A stretch of DNA of 64,000 nt from Eledone cirrhosa. Lineage: Eukaryota. The stretch spans positions 225,866,001 to 225,930,000 of the forward strand of contig OZ024740.1 in NCBI GenBank assembly GCA_964016885.1, given 5' to 3'. The translations under genes were made by a program, and so were the position numbers. Below are positions 54,443 to 64,000 of the stretch, piece by piece. The notes under the pieces were generated by a model. That model was not told the origin of the DNA. It saw nothing but the letters and a program-made list of their open reading frames with translations, and made no database searches. Within the stretch, counting starts at the first letter, position 1. The number at the start of each line of letters is the position of its first letter.

Positions 54443-54720
54443 AGCGTGGCCGAATAGCTAAGACGTACCCTTCACAATCGACCCCACTATGTAACATCTT
54501 AGGCACGTGTCTATTACTGTAGCCTCAGGTCGACCAAATCCTTGTGAGTAAAGGGAAACTGTTGGATGTACTTATAATTGAAAACGCATGTCTTGCTCCC
54601 TTAGAATTATGTTCAGAATACACGTATCTGTGGAAAACTTGGGACACGTATCTGTGGAAAACTTGTTAATTTGCTGTCCCGTTGATCAAACAACTAAAAT
54701 TTCCATCGTCGAAACAAACA
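54443..54720 (+). mobile_element. diverged tRNA-derived SINE (family D/B composite-like)
   Basis: gcgtggccgaatagctaag head, then ccactatgt...ggcacgtgtctattactgtagcctcaggtcgacc, similar to 60712-60860. Contains a tandem duplication of acacgtatctgtggaaaacttg at ~54619-54665. Confidence 0.55.
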
Positions 54721-54763
54721 GAGATCCATTTGCTTTCAACTTACCAAATTATAGCTAACTGAT

Positions 54764-54915
54764 AGGGTGACGAATTGGCAGAGTCGTTACAACGTCGGAT
54801 ATAATGCTTTGTAATTCGTTTCGACTCTCTTCTCTCTGAGATCAAATCCCACCGTGGTCAACTTTGCCTTTCATCCATTTAATGTTGATAAAAAGTACCT
54901 GTTTAGTACTAGGGT
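54764..54915 (+). mobile_element. SINE family A, 3'-eroded
   Basis: gggtgacgaattggcagagtcgttacaacgtcggat...ctgagatcaaatccc...caactttgcctttcatcc...aaagtacc. Confidence 0.8.
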
Positions 54916-55237
54916 CGTTTCTTCCGCTATCTCACTTCCATTCTCTTATTCTATTTTGTTGCTATCCTTCTCAGTAAAAAATCTGCTGTGTTCAGACCTG
55001 GCGAGGATTGGGTTTCGCCAAGGTATTAAAATGCCCTACAAATGGTGTATGTAAATACGGCGCCCAAACGACTCCCTCGGGGGTTATCGAACCATGTATA
55101 GATCGATGAATGCGGTTAAAGTTTTAATTTGTACTTTTCTTTTCATTCTGTCTTTCTGTTGTTCGCAAAATTTTTCAATTCAATATTTTAAATATATACT
55201 ATTTTACATAATTAAGTGTCATGTCTTTTAATATATT

Positions 55238-55428
55238 TCAATATGTTTTAGTTTATATATATAAACTAAAACATATTGACAAAATAGTATAGGTTAACTT
55301 AAAATTAGCATAGTCTATTTGAAAAAGTGTTGTTAAAGTTAAGGATATATATATATATATATCCTTAACTTAACAACACTTTTTCAAATAGACTATGCTA
55401 ATTTTAAGCTAACCTATACTATATTGTC
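55238..55428. repeat. two abutting (TA)n-centred inverted repeats
   Basis: 55238-55279 is a perfect palindrome (tcaatatgttttagtttat-atat-ataaactaaaacatattga). 55278-55428 has ~68-bp arms with 2 mismatches and 1 indel around (AT)n. Confidence 0.92.
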
Positions 55429-55709
55429 CGCAGGACCCAGCTGAGATATACCGCGTAGACTGGGGTGGGGAATATGCCACACACCCCTCCTTTTCTTTCA
55501 CTGTTTATTTTTTCTTTAACTTTGTTTTTTCCAAGCATTGTATAATCTAATTCTGGAATATTCTAGAATATGTGTTAAAAACGTTGCATAGTTGTTGCTG
55601 ATTCTAAATGTATCAGTTTTCTTTGAGCAACAGTATAACGATATTACTCCTAATACTGTTATCTCTATTCGCTGTTCATGACCACTACTTGATTGTATAT
55701 GCATCTTCA

Positions 55710-57421
55710 TGCAGTCCTTACTTAAAGTGATTCCGTTTAACGTTCTTTGCTTATAACTTTAATAAGAGAAAACGCTATCGTAAAATTTAATTGGTAAAGT
55801 GCACTCCCATTGTGCTCAATTTTTATTTTTATTTTTATTTTTATTTATTTTATTTTATTTTTCCTTTCTTTCTATTATAACCTGTTACGTTTTTCACTTC
55901 AGTAAAATAAAAATGAAATAAAAAAAATACAATCATGAATAACGATACTAATCAGTCCACTTCTTTCATTTCACGATTGTCACCTAAGATACAATGTCTA
56001 CCGTCTACTTTACGCAGATATAACCTTTAAGGTACGGCAATACTTAAAATACAAAATAGTAAAAAGCAAAGTAAAGAACGAAATTGTATTAAACAGATAC
56101 AAATTAATACAGTTCTAAAGTAGTGCGTTTGATCTTTATTATTCAACGTTGAAATACTCAAACGTACATCTACTTTCTTCAATGTACTGACCGAAGGATA
56201 CTTCATTTTTTTTTTGTTTTTTTTTGTTAACAAGTTGTCTTTCTGTCGGCCGTAATAGACATGAAATTAAATGGAAGTTGTAAAACGAAAACTGGGTCAA
56301 ATAAATAGATTAGGGTGTAGAATGAAGAGAGCACAATTTAAACTAAATGCCGCCGAGCAATGAACTACTATAAAGTTTGCCAACTTCAAAACTTGCCATT
56401 TTCTGGATTGTTTGGTGTTTGGGTGGTAGTAGGATAGATTTCTTTGAATTTACACTTTGCCGATATTCATTCCACGATTTATCCTTGCTGCAATGACAGC
56501 TAAGCGTGCATTGTGTATCACTGCTGCTTATGAGCACAAACATGTGTAACATTAGAAATTAAATTAGACGTGTACCGGAGATTCAACAATAGACAGCATT
56601 AATGTCGAATTAATTAAAGCTTGTACTCGAATAGCAACAAATTTAGTTGCTACAAAATGAACAAAGAAAATACTAGCAAATGGAAAATATAGAAAGGCTT
56701 TGAAATATATAGATTGGGGACATGCTTTGTTTCGCTAAATGCCATAGAAACGAAAGCTTTAAAGACCTACAGAAAAAGAAACGTGGGCTGTAGCACTGAG
56801 AATAAAAGCATTGTAGAGTAAAATCTATCTAAACTGCATTGCAGTTTTCTTGGATTTTAGGAGTCACTACAAAATATCCATTAAGTGATCGTTGAGCAAG
56901 CACAGTTACTTGAATCACATGGGTCCAAAATCTCTAATGCAGCTCTCGTGGAAATGGAACAGCATCGAGAAGAAAAGGTCAAAGATGGTGCGAGTGAGTA
57001 TGTGGAACGAGCACGGATTTTAAAAATTACATATCTATCAGAAACGTTCCAGTACTTATATAAAGGTTTAGACATTGTTAACGAAAGTTATCCTCAAAGA
57101 GATAGAATTTCAGAAACAAACAGGTAAGTGGATGTAAATGCTACAAAGAATTGTAGAAACTGGAGGAAAATGTGTGACAACAAAACCTTGACCATGTTTT
57201 TTTTTTATTTTAAGTAAATAATTTATCCTATTGATTTTTATTAATCGTCCTTAAATGCATGTATGCTTAATAGTAAAAATGTATTGGATCTTTATTTAGA
57301 AGTGTAGTGATGTTTATATGTGTGAGCCTACAGTAAAATTGGTTTCGCTTTACATCGTTTTACTTGAAGTCGCATTTTTCAAGTAACTATCTATCTTCAA
57401 CGTTAAGTGGGGTCTGACAGT
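55710..57421 (+). mobile_element. decayed, internally deleted Tigger/pogo DNA transposon
   Basis: Degenerate TIRs (cagtccttacttaaagtg / aacgttaagtggggtctg). CENP-B-like HTH remnant MENIERL*NI*IGD...SLNAIETKAL at ~56680-56765. Tigger-type C-terminal remnant QLLESHGSKISNAALVEMEQHR...LSETFQYLYKGLDIVNESYPQRDR at 56885-57127. Confidence 0.7.
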
Positions 57422-57589
57422 ATATTTGCTTTTGCATTAGCTTATAACATACTGTGAAATAACATATATATCTCTCTATCCTGCTATCGACCTGCTTTTA
57501 TATCTATATATTTATTTATCTAAGCATCTCCCTGTCTACTCTGTAACTTCTCGTTTTTTTCTCTTTACCTGTATGTCTGCCTGAGTGTC

Positions 57590-57790
57590 TGAAATTCTGC
57601 CGATATATCTATTTATATATCCTATCTATCTGATAGATATAGAGTGTGTATGTGAGAGAGAGATGCATGTGTCTATATTTATATATCTACATATCTATCA
57701 ATCTATCTATATCTATCTATCTACATATGTATCAATCTATCTATATCTATCTATCTCCAGCTATGTATCTTTCATTGCATATATCTACCA
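57590..57790. repeat. (TCTA/TATC)n degenerate microsatellite
   Basis: atctatctat runs. Confidence 0.75.
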
Positions 57791-58165
57791 GCATGTATTC
57801 TCCCACCCTCATCTTCTATCTCACTTCTCCTAAACCGACTACCATGTCAATCAACCAGCACAGATAGATTCCCTGCTTGAATTGAATAACAGTAATAGAA
57901 TTGAGAAAAATTTGGACATTTTCCAAACTAAGAGATGTAACTCGTAAAAATAAAATTGGAGAGCAAGTAAGAGGAAGTAAGAATGGTGCTGGTGTAAGAT
58001 GTGTACTATTGCTTTCTATTCAAGTTAGAAGACAACATATGATATGTAGTGAATGAATATATACAAAGGATACCATATATTTTTCTTTAGTTAACTTCTG
58101 ATTACTCTTTATTTAAAACTTGTTTTTTCTATTATTTATTTCTAGTATTTTGTTTTATATCAAAA

Positions 58166-58196
<31 letters not shown>

Positions 58197-58762
58197 GGTG
58201 GTACTATCAGTAGTAGTAACTGTAAAATATTTATGTGGATGTATTTTTGTTTATATTTTTGTCTTTATCATAAGTTTTAACAAAATATATATTTTTTTTA
58301 TAGCTTTTCTAATTTTTGTTATTTTCAAACCACATTTTGAATGGTCTGGAACAAGTTTGTGGAACAAACGTATTACTTTTTATACAAATTTGGTTAAGAC
58401 GTTGTTTTGCAATTACATTATTTCAACATCAATCCTTCACAACAGCACTGTGAGCTTCTACGCCTTGGAAGAGAAATTTGGTAGGCAGAAATTGCATGGA
58501 AGCCCATTGGAAGGATCGTTTCTATTATTGGGAAGTTAGCTTTGACATTTTTACTATGGTTTCTATAATGGTGTTTTGGCCAATTTTCAAAATAATATGT
58601 TGTTTCCAAAATATTGTGTTTTGGAGACATAAATGATGGGTAATGAAATAATAAAAATTGTTGTAGATTGTTTCATTCTTTGTTTACCTCAACTATTTCA
58701 CTGTCTTATGTCAGTTTTACTAAACATTTTTGTTTGGATGTTCAATGCAAACATCCCTACTA

Positions 58763-58939
58763 CAGACCTGCCAAATCTCCCCGTCCCACGAGGATATTTG
58801 ACATAATATTTGGGATGGATGAGAGATGCCTTCTCTTGAGAAAATGGGTACAGTTTTCATTATGTAAAAACTCCCCATTTTGGGTCACCTTTTTTTGCAT
58901 GTTATTCCCCGTTTGGGTTTTTAGAGGTTGACAGGTCTG
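58763..58939 (-). mobile_element. MITE copy 2 (inverted relative to 53331-53492)
   Basis: CAGACCTGCCAA...tttgggtttttagagGTTGACAGGTCTG; internal sequence is the reverse complement of copy 1 (cattatgtaaaa.ctccccatttt). Confidence 0.8.
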
Positions 58940-60011
58940 GTACCAAAACATCACCAATATAACGCCTTGCATTACTTAGGTCAAGTCCTTGTTTTCTGTA
59001 TCAGGGCTTGTTTAGTCCGAAGATATTTTTTCCTGTAGACACAACAATCCTGGCTAGCAGTAGCATGAGCAGCATTTTCAACATCGAGGTGAGCATTCCC
59101 CTTCACATATTTCTCAATCTCTGCAACTTCAGGGAGATGTAAATCAAATCCTATTTGTTCAGAGCCTCAACAAACATATGGAAGTGGAGATTTTCTGCCG
59201 TGTTAGAGAATTGTAAATTATAAAGCTCATCTGCATATGGAGTTTGAAAATCGGTAATTTTTCTAGGTTGTCTCCGTTGATTTTTTAAAAACCAAATTTA
59301 GTTTAGTTTACATACCTGAGACCCCAACCCATCCTATTTATTTTAAAATGGATGGGATTTCTAGTAATGTACTTTTTTTTTACATGTATAAGGTTTTTTT
59401 TAATATATAAAGAAAATTAATTGTCGCAGGAATGCTACCATTTAAAATCAAATTTCATCGGAGATAGATTAGCAAAATTTAATAAGCGGAGGTGGGGGAA
59501 TGTGAAAAATTAAGCGAAGTGATACCGATTATTCGAGACTCGAGAGCACATAAAAATCTTTATGAACAAATATCTGCGCAACATTTAGTGGTGACGACAT
59601 ATCTGAAGTCATGATACCTTGCCATTCAGGTTTGTGGCCCGCATGTAGTCAGTATATAATTTTACTACATCTGGGGCAGGAGGGGTAACACTGCGATGTC
59701 CAGTTGCATTGAGTCTTGGGAACAATTTCTGGGAAGGGAGGATTTATATTAACATGATGACTACCTATAAAATCGCAATTGGAAACTACACTGCCATTGC
59801 ATTATCTCTACTATTTGAAGACTTTAAAAAATATATATTGTCCATCATAGCAGAACCACAGAGTCTAGTGTGTTCCTCATTCGGTAAACATCAGTGAGCT
59901 TGGCTTGTCTTGCTTGGGGATCCAGCCGGATCAGTTGGAAACGGTTGCATCAGACAAGACCCACTAGAAGGTGTGTTTGAGGACTCTGCCCCCACGACCC
60001 TCTCAGGAATA

Positions 60012-60160
60012 TTAATTGTTTCTACTTTAAGTAGAAGGCCATAAATTTGAAGTGATGGGGAATTCGACGATTAAATCGACCCCAGTGCATTACTGGTGCT
60101 TTATTTATTGACCTCATACGAATGAAAGGTAAAGCTAACCTCGACGTGATTTGAACTCAG
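60012..60160 (-). mobile_element. SINE family A, 5'-truncated near the B box, with TSD
   Basis: taattgtttctacttt...cagtgcattactggtgctttatt...gatttgaactcag, flanked by ctcaggaata(t/a)taat at 60002 and 60156. Confidence 0.85.
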
Positions 60161-60711
60161 GAATAATAATAAGAAAAGATAGAAGATATTCTGCCATTTT
60201 AACTGACATATAGAAGCAATCAGTATTCAATTCTTCCCCTGTACACCTCCATATTTCAGATGTAACTATTTTCAGATTAACATGGTAGAGACATTTTGCT
60301 AGCTCAGTGTATTGGTTTATCCTTGATATGTTGATTGATTGAGAGTTTACTCTTTGTTGGGATCATACCCTCATCAAGAGATAGTTCACAGTTAGGCACG
60401 TAATACTCCTTAAATTTAATTACCGGATAGTTGAACACTGGACGTGCTTTGTAGATTTTATGATTCTTACCTAATTGTACGAGATCGTAGATCCTATTCA
60501 CTCACAACATATAATACTGACCAAATGGCAAATCTGTTCTGTCTCTGGGTACTGTGTTTACCAATCCGTGGTTTCTCAGGTCTTTGAACTGCCAATAATA
60601 TTTATAATAGTCTTTTTTATAAAAGAGATTCCACCGTCAGCGTAAGTCCAATGACCCACCTTCAGCTCTAATGCGGAAGGGGTCCACAAAAATTCTTTGC
60701 AATATAACATA

Positions 60712-60860
60712 GATATGTAGTTAAGGAGTTCATAACCACAACGATTCGGGTTCACTCCCACTGTGTGGAATCATGGTCAAGTATGTTCTACTATAGTTTC
60801 GGTTGACGAATGTCGTATGAAATCTTTCAGATTGTAACTGTAGAAGCCCGTCGTATAAAG
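60712..60860 (+). mobile_element. tRNA-derived SINE, family D (my label), followed by CA-rich tract
   Basis: gggttcactccc B-box-like motif, caagtatgttctactatag...gaagcccgtcgtata, then CA-rich sequence to ~61220. Confidence 0.65.
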
Positions 60861-61496
60861 ATACACAAACACACACACACTCAACACACATTATATATCT
60901 ATAAACTACCAAAAAATCACACATGAACAAACACACACATACACACATAAAAAAAATCACAGAAGTATTCACAGACGCACACGTGTATCACGTACACACA
61001 ACCGTGCAACAACAAACAATACAAAAAAACTCACAGACACACGCGTGCTTACGCACAAATACTCATACATAAATAGTCCCACTCGAATATACAAATAAAA
61101 GTACATAAAAACTTCACAGACACTCTTTTCCATCACCAATACATAAACCACACAAACACACAAGCAATAATGCACACCCATGAAATGCACTCCATCTGGA
61201 CACACAGAATACCTATGACACATCTGGACTCTCCACCTTGGCCCCTACTCCCGAATGACGGACTACTCACCTGCTATCCCCAGCCTCCTTAAAATGTTTT
61301 TTTCCAAAACTCCGATGTTCCATCATCTTTCTCCCCACCCCCCTCTCTCTCTCTCTTTCTGAAATCTCGCTGAACTCTTCATTTTCTGAAGAAGAAATTA
61401 TTTCCGAAACGACAAACTCTCTTCTACTTCTTCCTACGGATGATACTAATAAGACTTCGTGTCTTGGCATATAAGTGTTAATCCTGTCATTACTTG

Positions 61497-61529
<33 letters not shown>

Positions 61530-61531
<2 letters not shown>

Positions 61532-61740
61532 CCTTTTACCTCCGCTTTCATTGCTGACATGAGTTTAATGGGTTGCTGGCAGTGTCAGTACTTAATCAGA
61601 GCGTTTGTCCTCCGGGACGGGTCAGGGGCCAGGTCTCCTTTACAAACATCACAGTTTTTGGTATGACCTCTACAGTTGGATATCCTTCTTAATGTCAACC
61701 ATTTTTACAGAGTGTGCTGGACGTATTTTATCATGGCGTC
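61530..61740 (-). mobile_element. retroposon family C 3' portion
   Basis: tctacagttggatatccttcttaatgtcaac is a reverse-complement homolog of 11010-11040; ttgctgacatgagtt matches the reverse complement of aacccatgccag. Confidence 0.55.
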
Positions 61741-62479
61741 AACCCAATAGAGGTTGCTATCTCCGTAACATGACTGAAGAACCCTACCTACTCAACTCTA
61801 CATTGTTACTTGTTGAATGCCGAACGAATTTTATAGTGGAACCAACGAGAGCATTGTGTCAAGGCAAACGTGTTCAAGAGTTAGAGTAGAAGAGTCGTGG
61901 TGGTGATTTTGATGGAGCACAGGCGTATGATGATAGTTGTGTGGTGAGCTGAAATAAGTGGGATGTTGAAGTCGAATTTGAGAAAGGTGGAATTAATTGG
62001 GACAAATATCCAGTAGAATTCATTCGTTTATTTGAAGCTCTAACTTCACTCTGTTGCTATAGTGAGATTCCTGTTTCTCGTTTGTCATGGTGATAATTAT
62101 GAATATATATGTGTGAGAATGTGTGTGAGTGTGTGTGTATATATTAAAGGTATCTAGCTAGACAAATTATTCAAATTGTCACATATTCACACATGTCACA
62201 GTCGTAGCAACGGATGCCTAAACAATGTATAATTAGGATACTTTCATCTCTCTATATCACATGAAATATGTTTTTTTCTCTTCTGTTTTAACTCAAATTA
62301 TGCAATTTTTTAAATTTTATTTTTGCGAAGAGCATATATTTATCTGTGCAACACATCCAATGAGGTAGATTTACATGATCACTGAAACTGCTAGAAATAA
62401 CAGTAAATTGTTCATGAAATTACACATAGAGTGGGAGAATGGAAGTGAGAAAGGGATTAAGAGTAAGAATCAAACGCAG

Positions 62480-62627
62480 TATTAGACTGGTACATAATTA
62501 TCGATCTCGAATGGATGAAATGCAAAATTGACTTCAGCGGAATTTGAACTCTGAGAGTAAAGAGCCAATACAAATACCGTAAAACATTCTATCCGATGTT
62601 CTAACGACTCTGCAAATTTGTCGCCTC
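62480..62627 (-). mobile_element. SINE family A, diverged
   Basis: gactggtac...gatgaaatgcaaaattgac...ggaatttgaactc...tctaacgactctgcaaatttgtcgcc. Confidence 0.78.
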
Positions 62628-62799
62628 AAACTCTACTACGTGAAAGGACACATTGTCCCTTTAAACACCAGCATGCCTGAAACTGCCAAATTTTAATTCA
62701 AAATTTGAACTGAAAATCATTATTATATATCAGAAAATATCAGATTTCACTAAATTCATGTTTTGCTGTTATTTTGGTAGTACTCGAAGAGCAACGGAC

Positions 62800-62900
62800 A
62801 TAGAGTTAAGGCCCTTTACGTTCTGAGTTCAAATCCTGCCAAGGTTAGCTTTCCTTTTCGTGCTTGCGGGGTTGATAAAATAAAGTACAGGTATCGCACT
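62800..62900 (+). mobile_element. SINE family A internal fragment
   Basis: gccctttacgttctgagttcaaatcctgcc...ggggttgataaaataaagtac. Confidence 0.75.
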
Positions 62901-62904
62901 GAAA

Positions 62905-63125
62905 CCAGGGCAGCAAGAAGCTAACCATCGATCCCATACTACTACAGAACCTTCCACATAAGGTCCCAAGGAACGCACTCATATACCTTTGTGAGGTCTA
63001 CAAAACAAGAATATACTTCTTGGGTATTCTCCCTCGATTTCTCAAAGACCTGCCACAGTGTGAATACGTGGTTGGCTTTGCTGCGTCCATGGCGAACACT
63101 ACACTGTTCATCAGCTATCTTTAAA
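62905..63125 (-). pseudogene. non-LTR retrotransposon (RTE-like) reverse transcriptase fragment
   Basis: EQCSVRHGRSKANHVFTLWQVFEKSRE...YSCFVDLTKVYECVPWDLMWKVL**YGIDG corresponds to the QxGFRxGRS and FVDLxKAYD motifs of LINE RT, with stops. Confidence 0.88.
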
Positions 63126-63411
63126 TGGTAGCATATGCTTGTTAAATGTATGTTCACAAAAGGTTTAAAGTATTTAGTCCTGAATTTGTTTTACTATTTA
63201 GTCAGGTAGGGAGGGAGGGACAATGTCGAAGTCCTTTTAGGGCCTCTGATTCTATTGCAAGGAATGGAGAAAGGAAGGTATCTCCAAACCAGTGACCTAG
63301 CTTCTTTACAACAGAGCGCCCTCTTCTAAAGGCACCCAAGAGCAATGTGATGATGTTAAACTGGGTGAGACAATCGCACGTCATCTACCAAAGGTAGATA
63401 ATTCTAAAATC

Positions 63412-63414
<3 letters not shown>

Positions 63415-63466
<52 letters not shown>
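63415..63466. repeat. (TA)n microsatellite
   Basis: Perfect TA run. Confidence 0.97.
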
Positions 63467-63473
<7 letters not shown>

Positions 63474-64000
63474 TGCATTTGATCATAGGTCTACTTGATC
63501 AAGATTGATCTGGGGCTAAACAAGAACATATCTTGAATTTTATGGGAAAATATGTAAATATATAAAGTAAGAAAGTAAAAAATAAAAACATTGAAATAGA
63601 AACATCAAAATCAAAATTATTTCTGTAAGTACACAAATCAAAGTGAAACATATTTCCATGTATATTCCACTGAAGAATTGGTTGCATGCTTCTTTTCGTA
63701 CAGTTAGTGATGGCTTTTGGAGTTAACATTTCATGTGTCATCTGCCATCAGCTGGAGACTACTTGGAAAGTTACTTAGATATAGAAAATCTTGTTCAGAT
63801 TAATAAAGCTAATGAATAGAACTGTCTAATAAAATGCAATTATTTCATGGCAACAAGAACAACAACAATGTTGATGATGATAATATTATTAATAATAATA
63901 ATAATACAATAATAATAAGTAATAAGCTAGTGATTATTTGAAGCCTGTTCTGTAGGCTGTCAACTGCAAATGTAACGTGTGGTATTGCTCATGTCTTGCA

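Larger units (their letters stand above)
58690..60560 (-). pseudogene. fragmented piggyBac (PGBD-like) transposase fossil
   Basis: Minus-strand pieces in the expected order: KIYKARPVFNYPVIKFKEYYVPNCELSLDEGMIPTKSKLSINQHIKDKPI (60304-60460; first catalytic D motif), C*SENSYI*NMEVYRGR (~60232-60280), PAPDVVKLYTDYMRATNLN (~59625-59680; decayed YNxxMGGVD), AFIIYN (~59210), and a Cys-rich remnant at ~58700-59040. Multiple stops; interrupted by a SINE and a MITE. Confidence 0.8.

Overview
AT-rich, repeat-dominated animal genomic DNA with no intact protein-coding gene that I can support. The SINE families, microsatellite load and element mix look like an octopus/cephalopod genome; that is inference from recalled repeat sequences. 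About 60% of the window (~11134-49196) is one uninterrupted, single-orientation satellite of a 19-bp monomer (TACTGCCAATCTCTAACGA, ~2,000 copies by length) with several higher-order duplications. The main observation is that the monomer is the RNA Pol III A-box segment of a tRNA-derived SINE present in ~10 copies elsewhere in the window. The array is also capped by that SINE's 5' end on the right and its 3' tail on the left, so it appears to have grown inside a single SINE insertion. The flanks hold 57-, 54- and 24-bp minisatellites, several SINE families, MITEs, decayed Tigger/pogo and piggyBac transposons, RTE-type LINE fragments and two abutting (TA)n-centred palindromes. Almost all listed ORFs are by-products of repeats.
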